A DNA stretch of 29,712 bases from a virus (IMGVR_UViG_3300024251_000026:1-29712), one strand, 5' to 3'. Shown: positions 18,725-26,634, numbered from the stretch's first letter. Made by a program: numbers and translations. The notes: generated by a model from the letters alone, not told the origin.

Positions 18725-18741
18725 AAAAGGCCTTTCTTATC

Positions 18742-19269
18742 CTATTGGATATTCTGCGCTGCTGCCATTGCTGTAGCCTGGTGTTCTTCACGCTCTTGGC
18801 GTTGTTCGTCAGGGGTCATATGCACTAAGGATTTCTTTGCTTTATAAGTTTGCTCTTCTGAACCTTTAGAGGCTCCAAGGGCTGCTTTTTTCTTCCGCTC
18901 TTCTGCCACGTTTTTGGCGTGGTATGCTTGGAAAGCCTCGTGTTGGAGGGCTTTTAAAAGAGTCGTCTTACTTCCAGCAGCGATTGTTTTGGCAAAATCA
19001 ATCTCTTCTTTGCTTAGACCTTTGAGTTCGTTGGCCAAGGTCGCTATTTCCACAGGGTCAACATTGTCAGTCGGTGCAGGGTTAGTTTTTTCAGTTATTT
19101 TAGGCTTCTCTTTGAGTTTAGCCTCGGCAATTTCTGCCCTTTTCTTTTGGTCTTCCGCAATTTTTTTATAATCGGGTTGACTCTCTTCTTTTTCGGTGGT
19201 TTGTTTTTCAACGGTTTCCCCGCCGTTGTCTTGATTTTCGGACTCAAGATTGTCCTGTTCTTCGTCCAT
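18742..19269 (-). CDS. Capsid scaffolding protein, 175 aa
   Basis: Acidic N-terminus and charged helical body; immediately upstream of the capsid gene. Confidence 0.7.
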   Translation of the reverse strand: MDEEQDNLESENQDNGGETVEKQTTEKEESQPDYKKIAEDQKKRAEIAEAKLKEKPKITEKTNPAPTDNVDPVEIATLANELKGLSKEEIDFAKTIAAGSKTTLLKALQHEAFQAYHAKNVAEERKKKAALGASKGSEEQTYKAKKSLVHMTPDEQRQEREEHQATAMAAAQNIQ

Positions 19270-19357
19270 AATTAAAGGGGTTTTCGTACAGCAGACTCCT
19301 TAACTGCTTTTATGAATGATAAATCGCACTTCTAAGGGCTTATAAAAGCCCAAAGAG

Positions 19358-19417
19358 CTACGATTCAACCGGTGTTTCAACAGGGGTTGGTTCGCTAACT
19401 TCTGGTTCGTCTGACAT
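19358..19417 (-). CDS. 19-aa acidic Pro/Glu peptide MSDEPEVSEPTPVETPVES
   Basis: GAAAGGA SD followed by ATG...TAG; absent from the ORF track. Confidence 0.5.
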   Translation of the reverse strand: MSDEPEVSEPTPVETPVES

Positions 19418-19430
19418 GAAGTCCTTTCGA

Positions 19431-19673
19431 TTAATACTTTAAAGCTTTTTTCATGGCACTCCCACCACGATTTTTGTGGATAGAATTACGAATACCTTGA
19501 ACTGTACCAATAGCGGTTTTAGACGCTTTGTAATTCTTGGTATTCAAATTCTGATTAGGGGCTACTTTAGCTTTAGGACCAGCAAACTTAATTGGGCCAT
19601 TAGCTTTAGTAGTACCTCTACCAGCTCCGCCTAATTTTACAGGGTTAACCCCTGATACGCTTGAACCTTTCAT
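19431..19673 (-). CDS. Small basic Gly/Lys-rich protein, 80 aa
   Basis: ATGA-coupled ORF between portal and scaffold genes. Confidence 0.65.
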   Translation of the reverse strand: MKGSSVSGVNPVKLGGAGRGTTKANGPIKFAGPKAKVAPNQNLNTKNYKASKTAIGTVQGIRNSIHKNRGGSAMKKALKY

Positions 19674-19837
19674 ATTTTTACTTTTCCTCTAGTAGCATGA
19701 TATTTTGCTACTTTTTTAATTAGTTTTTTACCTTTAGTTGCGCTATCCCATTCAGCGACCTTAGCACTACCGCCTAACGCTTTAGTGCCTGTGGGTGTAT
19801 GCGCCCATCTTTCTTGTGCTAGTGATTTATATGGCAT
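19670..19837 (-). CDS. Small basic phage protein MPYKSLAQERWAH..., 55 aa
   Basis: Read manually; the MP(F/Y)KSxAQxRW N-terminus is a recurrent phage head-region motif; overlaps both neighbours. Confidence 0.75.
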   Translation of the reverse strand: MPYKSLAQERWAHTPTGTKALGGSAKVAEWDSATKGKKLIKKVAKYHATRGKVKI

Positions 19838-20045
19838 TGTTTAAATCTTTTTTCTTAGGTTTAGAAGCGAACTCTACATCTAGTTGCTCAAAAGCTCCGT
19901 CAATGTAATCCTTGGCATCTGCCAGTCCTGATACATCTTTGCGGTCAAAGACGTTTTCAATAGTTTTGAGTTCAATAAATTTTATAAAATAGTCTTTTAC
20001 CTCATTCAATAACTCCTTATCTTCGTAAAATTGTTTAAGGTGCAT
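19827..20045 (-). CDS. Hypothetical protein following the portal, 72 aa
   Basis: Helical ORF overlapping the portal stop codon. Confidence 0.7.
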   Translation of the reverse strand: MHLKQFYEDKELLNEVKDYFIKFIELKTIENVFDRKDVSGLADAKDYIDGAFEQLDVEFASKPKKKDLNNAI

Positions 20046-22020
20046 TTGGTGCTCCTTGAGCCACTGGTTCAGGTTGTGGCGGACTAATCTTTAGCCCTGC
20101 TTGTTCAGCCATCTGTACTTGTCCATCAGGAGGCAGGTCTTTAAAATTAATAGACTCGCCTACCTTATTCTGTGGAGTTTGTTTAGCCTGTTGAGCGGCT
20201 TGTTTGGCCTGTTCGTTAATAGCTGCCATCATAGACACTGGAGAAATACCAGCATCGGAGTTTTCTACAATTTCCATAAAGAGCTTGGTCAGTACCGCAT
20301 TTTGAGCCAGTTCAGGGTTTGCTCGGTAAACATCTAATATGGCTTTTAAGCTATCTAAGACATGTTGTTTGTCTTTAGTTGCGCCAGAAATATTAATCGT
20401 TATTTTAGCTTTAACTTTCTTGTAGTAATCCTTTGGAACATCTAAGAAACGAGTGGCTTTAGTCTGGGACAGTTGGTCTTTAGCTCCGCTAACAGCCTGG
20501 TCATATTCTTCTTGAGTGAAAGGCTGTGTTTCAGGTTTAGTAAAATCCTCGTGTAAAGCCCTGTCAATAAAGGCTTGGTTGGCTTTGTAAAAAGCAAAAG
20601 ACTTGTCAATTTCTGTTAGCTCATCGGGGGTAAAGTCATGGGCTAAAATGTGGGCTTTGTTGATTTTCTTAGCCAAATAAGGCACAAACCAATCATTATA
20701 CATCTCCTCCCACAAATCCGTCACTTCTTGCTGTAAATCCTCAAATACAGAGGCTGACTGCTGCAATTCCAAAGCTCTAGTTCTAAACGCTGTCCCTGAC
20801 TGCGCCCGTTCGCCTCTTTGAGCATCGGTAACAGTAGAAACTCTACTGGCCAGTGTGTACCACTGGTTTAACATCTGGTCAAACTGTGCCATACCACCAG
20901 GGGGAACCAAAGGCACGCTAGTAATTGGTTTACCGTCTTCGTGTTCAAGTATCTGTCCGTCATCCACTTCAGTTAGGACATTTCTACTTTTAAGTTTCTT
21001 GGAGGCAGATTGCACCACCACCCTGGCAGAGTGTTCAAAAGCCCGTTGTTGTTTCTGCACTGTGTCATTAATCCAAATCTGGGCTTGTTCGTTTTCTTCA
21101 ATTATTCCTACGCCTAATCCCCGTCCAGCTTTCTTCTTTCTGGCTTTGTACTTATAAACCCGCTCCGCGTCATCTTCCCAGTAAAGCGGAATACAATTCT
21201 TGGTACTAACTTCAACAAAGACATAATACTGGTAAGAAAAATCGACATCATTTATATAGTCAGCAGTTGTCTTGCCATCACTTTCTACCTGCTTAAAAAA
21301 GGAACGTGGGAACATTCCTCTTAACTCGTATATATTAAACCTAGAAAACTCTTTACCGCCTTTATTAGCAGCTACCAAAGCTTCTTTAATCTTAGCTTCG
21401 TTCCAAACATCCTTTTTATCAAATAATTCTGAACGAAGCATGTAGTGCTTTTCAATAATCACTCCGTTTTCAATGTTAATCTGGTCATTAACTACGTTCT
21501 TCCATTCTGGGAACTCCACATAGATAGTCTTTTCGCCGTCAATTTCAATCTCTACTTTCTTAGCTAGCACCCCACCGTAACGGGTATGAATCTCTTTGCT
21601 TTCTTTCATAGCCTTGGGCAGCTTCACGCTCTTAGCCCATTCGTATAAATCCTTTTGCATTAAAAAAGACTCAACATATTGTTGGTCATCAGCGGTTATG
21701 CTTACATCTTTAGGTCCGAATCTCTTAGCAGCATCCTCAACGTCACAGTTAGCATTAACAATATTATAAAAAGGCTTTTCTCGCCCCAGTTCGTCTGTCT
21801 GCTTCAGTAGATAACGGGAGTTAGAGTAAAACTCAATAGTCCGAATAGTCTGGCGTTGAGAGAACTGCAATACGCCACCATTAGTAGCTCCATCAACTAT
21901 CCCAGCATTAGAAGTTAAATTCCCAAACACTCCATCATTAGGCAAAATGGAAATCGGCGTGTTGTAGCGTCTTTGGTGTTGGTATAACTCGTTGATGATA
22001 GCTAAGTCTTTGGTGTACAT
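20035..22020 (-). CDS. Portal protein (P22-like), 661 aa
   Basis: Size, position after terminase, KPFYNIVN and GRGLGVGIIE motifs, Gln-rich C-terminal region. Confidence 0.85.
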   Translation of the reverse strand: MYTKDLAIINELYQHQRRYNTPISILPNDGVFGNLTSNAGIVDGATNGGVLQFSQRQTIRTIEFYSNSRYLLKQTDELGREKPFYNIVNANCDVEDAAKRFGPKDVSITADDQQYVESFLMQKDLYEWAKSVKLPKAMKESKEIHTRYGGVLAKKVEIEIDGEKTIYVEFPEWKNVVNDQINIENGVIIEKHYMLRSELFDKKDVWNEAKIKEALVAANKGGKEFSRFNIYELRGMFPRSFFKQVESDGKTTADYINDVDFSYQYYVFVEVSTKNCIPLYWEDDAERVYKYKARKKKAGRGLGVGIIEENEQAQIWINDTVQKQQRAFEHSARVVVQSASKKLKSRNVLTEVDDGQILEHEDGKPITSVPLVPPGGMAQFDQMLNQWYTLASRVSTVTDAQRGERAQSGTAFRTRALELQQSASVFEDLQQEVTDLWEEMYNDWFVPYLAKKINKAHILAHDFTPDELTEIDKSFAFYKANQAFIDRALHEDFTKPETQPFTQEEYDQAVSGAKDQLSQTKATRFLDVPKDYYKKVKAKITINISGATKDKQHVLDSLKAILDVYRANPELAQNAVLTKLFMEIVENSDAGISPVSMMAAINEQAKQAAQQAKQTPQNKVGESINFKDLPPDGQVQMAEQAGLKISPPQPEPVAQGAPNAP

Positions 22021-22049
22021 AAAAAAAGAACAACCTTTTAAGGTTGCTC
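22021..22049 (-). terminator. Intrinsic terminator/attenuator directly before the portal ATG
   Basis: GAGCAACCUU-AA-AAGGUUGUUC inverted repeat followed by U7 and then AUG. Confidence 0.8.
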
Positions 22050-22063
22050 GGTATTCCCGCAGC
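22046..22063 (-). promoter_or_regulatory. 18-nt antiterminator-like hairpin (copy A)
   Basis: GCU-G-CGG-GAAUA-CCG-AGC; overlaps the terminator by 4 nt; covaries with copy B. Confidence 0.7.
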
Positions 22064-22080
22064 GGTTTATTAATAAACTT

Positions 22081-22109
22081 ATTATATCAGTTTTAAGCTA
22101 TTTTGTAAA
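22081..22109 (-). promoter_or_regulatory. Sigma70-type promoter for the head module
   Basis: TTTACA-N17-TATAAT with extended TGa. Confidence 0.8.
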
Positions 22110-22277
22110 ATTAGCAATTATTCCTACAATTTTAATCTTAGTTTCTTGTTTAACCCAGAAGGTGTCAAACTTTCCGTTTTCATCAGCATGAATCTCAATA
22201 TACTCATAAGGCTTTAAAGATAATAAAACCTCGTTAATCTTCCGTAGGCCAGGAGTTATTTTAATAAATTCATCCAT
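22098..22277 (-). CDS. 59-aa protein, possibly YezD/DUF2292-like
   Basis: MDEFIKITPGLRKINEVLLSLKPYEYIEIHADENGKFDTFWVKQETKIKIV...; TAATG-coupled; family assignment by eye only. Confidence 0.6.
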   Translation of the reverse strand: MDEFIKITPGLRKINEVLLSLKPYEYIEIHADENGKFDTFWVKQETKIKIVGIIANFTK

Positions 22278-22426
22278 TAGCGAGCTTGATTAATTTTACT
22301 TCTTTTCCTCTTTTCTTCCAACTCCCAATCTTGTTCCCCTAAAGGGTAGTCAATGGCAAACATATCCTCAATCTCTGGGGCATGTCGGTCTAACTTCTTG
22401 CCATTTTGCCATTTTTCTATACTCAT
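22277..22426 (-). CDS. 49-aa hypothetical protein with basic C-terminus
   Basis: MSIEKWQNGKK...EEKRKRSKINQAR; ATGA and TAATG overlaps on either side. Confidence 0.6.
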   Translation of the reverse strand: MSIEKWQNGKKLDRHAPEIEDMFAIDYPLGEQDWELEEKRKRSKINQAR

Positions 22427-22518
22427 ACCCAATGAAAATGTTTAACTACCAATAAAAAAATGAGCGTTGTAACAATAGAAACTGGAATAGGTAATAGTTC
22501 CCAAATAATATCTTCCAT
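22423..22518 (-). CDS. 31-aa single-TM peptide
   Basis: MEDIIWELLPIPVSIVTTLIFLLVVKHFHWV; TAATG-coupled to the terminase stop. Confidence 0.55.
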   Translation of the reverse strand: MEDIIWELLPIPVSIVTTLIFLLVVKHFHWV

Positions 22519-23750
22519 TAGCGTGCATAGTTAGTTTGTGAACGCATGCGTCTTTCAGCTCGTTCAGCTTGCTCTTCTCTTTCATTAAATACAGGAGCGT
22601 AGTTCGTCATTAAGGCGTAACGTAAAGCATCTAAGGCATGGTCATGTTCCTTAATTGGGTTTTCTTCTTCGTTGTGGTCAGGGCGCTTGTCAGGGTAGCT
22701 GTAAGTTTCTAGTTCTGCTATTAGATTAACACAACTCTTATGAATCTTTAACTTGTTCTGTTTAAATAGGTCTCTAACAATATTAATGCCGTTTTTAATT
22801 GAATCTTTATTCTTTATGACTTCTAGTACATGAATCCCTTTATCATTTAGGGCTTGAATGGCAGAGGGACTTTCTGGGTCAGGATAAACGCTATTAAAAT
22901 TACAAGAGGCCACATATTCAGCTATTTGGACATCAGTTCTCTTTGTCTTATACCATTCGCTTTGCACCCAGTAAGTATTGTCTGCATCTTTCTTAATATC
23001 AATAACTGCCGCTGGATTGGTAAAACCAAAGTCTACTCCCCCTATCCTTTCGCTAACATTTCTAACCTCTTCATCAAATAAATGCTTTTCGCGATTGAAC
23101 TCTTTATATACAAGACCCTCAGTCTTTCTAAAATCGGCAAGATACTCTTGTGCAAATCTGTCTTCTGTAAGTTCTTGTTTAGCTTTTTCGATTTCCTCAA
23201 CTGGGATGAATGGGTTGTCATAGGTTGTAAAGTGAAAGCTCTTGTAGTCTTTGTCTTTAGCTTCTAGGTTAAAGAGGTCATAGAAATGATTAAAACCTTT
23301 GGGAGTTGATATAAACAATGCTTCCCCTTTAGTATCTGTAAGGGTAGGTCTTAAGACTTCTTGCCAGTTCAACCAGAAATTCCGCATACTGGCAACTTCG
23401 TCCAAAACCAAAAAATCAAACTGTTGTCCTCTAATCGTTTCAACGCTTTCCCAACCTCTTAAGATAATTAAGCTCTCTCTACCGGATTTGGTCTTAGTCT
23501 TAATCTCAAGTCTAGCTTCGTTTACATTAGTTATGGCTGGTCTTAACTGATTTTTAAAGACTTCCCAGGCAATATCACGGGCTTGCTGATAAGTTGGGGC
23601 AATATAACAAATCCGTTTAGAGGTAAAGATGGCTTTGCCCTTAATCTCTTCCGCGGCTTCTGTAGTCTTTCCAAATCTTCTACCACAATTAACTACTCTG
23701 AACCTCGCTCCGCTGCTCGCTATCTTGTCCTGGGCTGGGGTTAATATCAT
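22518..23750 (-). CDS. terL: Terminase large subunit, 410 aa
   Basis: Walker A GRRFGKT, Walker B LVLDE, ISTPKG, nuclease GVDFG and DHALDALRY. Confidence 0.96.
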   Translation of the reverse strand: MILTPAQDKIASSGARFRVVNCGRRFGKTTEAAEEIKGKAIFTSKRICYIAPTYQQARDIAWEVFKNQLRPAITNVNEARLEIKTKTKSGRESLIILRGWESVETIRGQQFDFLVLDEVASMRNFWLNWQEVLRPTLTDTKGEALFISTPKGFNHFYDLFNLEAKDKDYKSFHFTTYDNPFIPVEEIEKAKQELTEDRFAQEYLADFRKTEGLVYKEFNREKHLFDEEVRNVSERIGGVDFGFTNPAAVIDIKKDADNTYWVQSEWYKTKRTDVQIAEYVASCNFNSVYPDPESPSAIQALNDKGIHVLEVIKNKDSIKNGINIVRDLFKQNKLKIHKSCVNLIAELETYSYPDKRPDHNEEENPIKEHDHALDALRYALMTNYAPVFNEREEQAERAERRMRSQTNYAR

Positions 23751-23988
23751 TTTTATCAGCTATTGATTTAGCTACTTGTATAATAAGGTCTTTACCATCT
23801 TCTCCTGTAAGTTCACTTAATCTTGGTAGTACGCTCCCTGCTAACTTAATTAACACTTGCTTATATAGCTCATAGTCATCTGCTTTCATTTTTATTTCCG
23901 GCATTTCTAATAAAGCCTTAATCTTATCAAGAGCAAGGCTTCTAACTTGTGCAGCTAATTTCCTATCATTTAGATTTGGAGCAGCCAT
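23689..23988 (-). CDS. terS: Probable terminase small subunit, 99 aa
   Basis: Overlaps the terL start; ELTGEDGKDL C-terminal motif typical of small terminases. Confidence 0.7.
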   Translation of the reverse strand: MAAPNLNDRKLAAQVRSLALDKIKALLEMPEIKMKADDYELYKQVLIKLAGSVLPRLSELTGEDGKDLIIQVAKSIADKNDINPSPGQDSEQRSEVQSS

Positions 23989-24032
23989 TTCCGTAATTAA
24001 CCCTTTTTTATCCCTTATTTAAGTATTATTAT

Positions 24033-24061
24033 AGTGTAACATTATTTTAATAATTTGTAAA
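24033..24061 (-). promoter_or_regulatory. Sigma70-type promoter for the packaging genes
   Basis: TTTACA-N17-TACACT with extended TGt; adjacent TATAAT. Confidence 0.6.
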
Positions 24062-24088
24062 CTATTTCCATTGTTTTCTTTTAATTAT

Positions 24089-24181
24089 TTAAACTAAGAA
24101 TGCAATAAATACTAGAACAATTACTAAAACAGCTAAAAATATCCCCATCCATATTCGCAATCTGGTTTTTTCTTCTTTCAT
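24089..24181 (-). CDS. 30-aa single-TM peptide
   Basis: MKEEKTRLRIWMGIFLAVLVIVLVFIAFLV, read manually. Confidence 0.5.
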   Translation of the reverse strand: MKEEKTRLRIWMGIFLAVLVIVLVFIAFLV

Positions 24182-24226
24182 TTCTTGTTTAGTTTAATTA
24201 TTTACAATCTTACTGTCAGGGTAAAG

Positions 24227-24364
24227 CTAAAGTTTTTTCTCCCTAACTGCTTCAAAGCCTGCTAAATAAGTATCAATAATAAACTTTATCTTATCCCAAT
24301 CCTCTAATTTGGCATTTAAAGTTAAGATTATTTCACCGTCAACAATTTGTGTTTGCAAATCCAT
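24227..24364 (-). CDS. 45-aa hypothetical protein
   Basis: MDLQTQIVDGEIIL...; AAAGGA SD following the 19-bp repeat. Confidence 0.55.
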   Translation of the reverse strand: MDLQTQIVDGEIILTLNAKLEDWDKIKFIIDTYLAGFEAVREKKL

Positions 24365-24375
24365 ACTTTTCCTTT

Positions 24376-24581
24376 CTAGTTAAGTCTTAGGGGGTTACCT
24401 TATTTTTTGTATCTTTTCCCACAAATCATCAATGCCGTGCGAAGGAATACTCATTTTCTCAGGGTCGTGGTGTTCTAAGTCTACTTTGAAAGCCATTACG
24501 CTCATCTGGAGTAAGACTAATTCTTCTTCAGTAAAATCAAGGTCTATTTTCATATTCTTCTCCTAGTTAAGTCTTAGGGGG
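24376..24581. repeat. 19-bp exact direct repeat CTAGTTAAGTCTTAGGGGG (24376-24394 and 24563-24581)
   Basis: Two identical intergenic copies, each just upstream of a small ORF's ribosome-binding site. Confidence 0.9.
24395..24553 (-). CDS. 52-aa hypothetical protein
   Basis: MKIDLDFTEEELVLLQ...; AGGAG SD; bracketed by the 19-bp repeats. Confidence 0.6.
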   Translation of the reverse strand: MKIDLDFTEEELVLLQMSVMAFKVDLEHHDPEKMSIPSHGIDDLWEKIQKIR

Positions 24582-24585
24582 AAAC

Positions 24586-24777
24586 TTATTGAATATTTTC
24601 TTCACTAAGAGCGTCATCTAACCAATACTGCGCCTCTCTCAATTTTAAATAAGCATTGCTCACACAAACGTTAGCTTCTCCTGGCATTTGTTGTCTTAAA
24701 AAGCCTACTCTTGGAAGAAGTGTATTAAGTTCTTTTGCTAAATCCTTTAAAGTTTTCCAATCTTTTGGTTCGTTCAT
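24586..24777 (-). CDS. Hypothetical protein, 63 aa
   Basis: ORF with GAAAGGA SD. Confidence 0.65.
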   Translation of the reverse strand: MNEPKDWKTLKDLAKELNTLLPRVGFLRQQMPGEANVCVSNAYLKLREAQYWLDDALSEENIQ

Positions 24778-24824
24778 AAATTCCTTTCTTTTCCAGCAAG
24801 GTTAAGAGTTGCTGGGACTCTGGG

Positions 24825-24938
24825 TTACTTTTTCCAAGCTTTCACTATGTCTGTTATGCCATCCAACACAATAGCCATAAATATCCAACCAGGCGGCATA
24901 ACTAACAAAACGGCTATTAGTATCAAAGTGTCCTTCAT
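24825..24938 (-). CDS. 37-aa membrane peptide
   Basis: MKDTLILIAVLLVMPPGWIFMAIVLDGITDIVKAWKK; AAAGG SD. Confidence 0.5.
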   Translation of the reverse strand: MKDTLILIAVLLVMPPGWIFMAIVLDGITDIVKAWKK

Positions 24939-24950
24939 AACCTTTTCTTC

Positions 24951-25049
24951 TTAATGTTCTAAATAATATTTCCGACAGTACTTACAATATTCTGCAAAGC
25001 GGATTTGTCTAATCGGGGTGTGAAAAAAGAGATGCAAGAGGTACTTCAT
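24951..25049 (-). CDS. 32-aa His/Cys peptide (possible mini zinc finger)
   Basis: MKYLLHLFFHTP...YCKYCRKYY; ATGA-coupled. Confidence 0.45.
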   Translation of the reverse strand: MKYLLHLFFHTPIRQIRFAEYCKYCRKYYLEH

Positions 25050-25300
25050 AGTTCTTTCTCCTTTAAATATTTGGCTCTTAGGCCTTGTTTAATTCCAGCC
25101 CCTTCATCGCAACCACAACCTGGCATATTATCTGGTATCTCCTCTATCACCTCTTCTACCAGTTTCCTTGTTTCTTGGTCTTTCTCTTCTAATCCTTGCA
25201 AATAAGCAGCGTCTATGCAGTCAATAATTACTTGTGAAATTGTTTGGCCACTTAAAGCCATATATGTCTTATGTAAGTTTTCCCGCCAATTTTTACTCAT
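25046..25300 (-). CDS. Hypothetical protein (start revised to MSKNW)
   Basis: AAAGGAG SD and ATGA overlap at 25297-25300. Confidence 0.65.
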   Translation of the reverse strand: MSKNWRENLHKTYMALSGQTISQVIIDCIDAAYLQGLEEKDQETRKLVEEVIEEIPDNMPGCGCDEGAGIKQGLRAKYLKEKEL

Positions 25301-25560
25301 AAAGTCTCCTTTTTTACGATTTCTAGGGCTACACAGCATTGTGTATGTTCGCATTTAGCTCCATCACAGGCAGCACATTTGAATCTTGTTTTAAGTTCCC
25401 TTATTTTCTCCTGGATGCGTTGGACTTGGGCAGACATAAGTTGTTTTACTCGTTCCTCAAAGAACTGCAATCGAGCAACCATCATTTTACCGTTTTGTGT
25501 CCAGCCAAAACCCTGTCTGGCTTCTTCGATTAAAATTGTAAATTCATCTTCTAGGGTCAT
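25297..25560 (-). CDS. Hypothetical Cys-rich protein, 87 aa
   Basis: CAAC...CEH..CC cluster. Confidence 0.65.
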   Translation of the reverse strand: MTLEDEFTILIEEARQGFGWTQNGKMMVARLQFFEERVKQLMSAQVQRIQEKIRELKTRFKCAACDGAKCEHTQCCVALEIVKKETL

Positions 25561-25571
25561 TTCTTTATTAG

Positions 25572-26054
25572 TTAAGGTTTAATTCCTAAAGCATCAGGAA
25601 AGTTAAGTTTTGCGTATTCTTCAAATAAAACTTTGGCCCATATGTCGTATGCCATTGCTGCGTGGCGGTCGTTTTCAAAATAACCAATAGCTATTTTTTT
25701 ACCTAAATAAATATCTACTTTCCATGTAGACCAATTTTTTTTATGGTCTTCATGTAAATAAACCCCTTTGTATTTAGATTTTCCCTTTAGTTTAGTTCTA
25801 TTTTGAGCATTTTGTTGTTTATTGACAATTCTTAAATTTTCTTTTCTATTGTCTAGCCTATTGCAATTTATATGGTCTGTAAACTTACCTTTCGGAGTAT
25901 TCATTATAAAACGATGTATAAATAAATGTTTTTTATCCTTAGAAGTGTAAACATAACCATATTTACTAAGAGACCATTTATATTTACTCAATTCGGCAAA
26001 ATCTTCATCATCTACTAGAGCAGTTTTACCTTGTGTTAATTGAATTTCTTTCAT
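25572..26054 (-). CDS. HNH-AP2 homing-type endonuclease, 160 aa
   Basis: IHRFIM, DHINCNRLDNRKENLR (HNH_3 type); SKYKGV...AAMAYD...LNF (AP2 domain). Confidence 0.92.
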   Translation of the reverse strand: MKEIQLTQGKTALVDDEDFAELSKYKWSLSKYGYVYTSKDKKHLFIHRFIMNTPKGKFTDHINCNRLDNRKENLRIVNKQQNAQNRTKLKGKSKYKGVYLHEDHKKNWSTWKVDIYLGKKIAIGYFENDRHAAMAYDIWAKVLFEEYAKLNFPDALGIKP

Positions 26055-26329
26055 AAAAGTGTTAATTGTTTGTTTTTCTGTTCTTCTTTAACTGGGTAAA
26101 ACTGTTCATTCCATTTTTTAATATCCAGTCTTTCTATGTGGTAAGCAATTATCGCTCCTCTTGAGTTAGTTTCTGGTTTTACAAAAGAATTGGTAGCCAT
26201 AATTTCTCTTAAGCGTCTCTCACCGTTACTTAGTTTTTTCTGTTCTGATTTACAAAGACTTTCTAACTCCTGTAAGGTCATGCGGCCGTTTTTCTCTAGG
26301 TAATATAATATTTTTGATTTTAGGGACAT
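26051..26329 (-). CDS. Winged-HTH-like DNA-binding protein, 92 aa
   Basis: KILYYLEKNGRMTLQEL...ERRLREI pattern. Confidence 0.55.
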   Translation of the reverse strand: MSLKSKILYYLEKNGRMTLQELESLCKSEQKKLSNGERRLREIMATNSFVKPETNSRGAIIAYHIERLDIKKWNEQFYPVKEEQKNKQLTLL

Positions 26330-26340
26330 AAAAACCTATA

Positions 26341-26616
26341 TTAATAGGAGCTATTATCAGGTCTTGCTTCATAAAATGAAGTATTACCGTGAAAGGCATC
26401 TTTTTGTTCAATCTTTATTAAACATCTAGGACAGTATTGAAACTGCTTGTTCTTTTCTTTACCTATACATATCTGCCTGCCACAAAATAAATGACGAGTA
26501 TTAATAACATAGTCAACCTTTTCCCATCCGTCTGGTACTTTTTGTTTATAGGTACTACTTCCAAACAAAATCCCTCCATTATCAATTTTTATAATTTCTT
26601 TATATTTTGGGAACAT
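26341..26616 (-). CDS. Hypothetical protein with possible zinc ribbon, 91 aa
   Basis: HLFC...CPRC; AAAGGA SD. Confidence 0.6.
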   Translation of the reverse strand: MFPKYKEIIKIDNGGILFGSSTYKQKVPDGWEKVDYVINTRHLFCGRQICIGKEKNKQFQYCPRCLIKIEQKDAFHGNTSFYEARPDNSSY

Positions 26617-26634
26617 ATTTAGTCCTTTCTTTTT

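Noticed and set aside
18725-18744. Scaffold-capsid fusion by read-through as an explanation for the missing ATG
   Set aside because: The genes are in different frames and an in-frame TAA lies 5 codons before the ACG
24376-24581. CRISPR array or att-site reading of the 19-bp repeat
   Set aside because: Only two copies, separated by a coding ORF; no cas or integrase gene in the window
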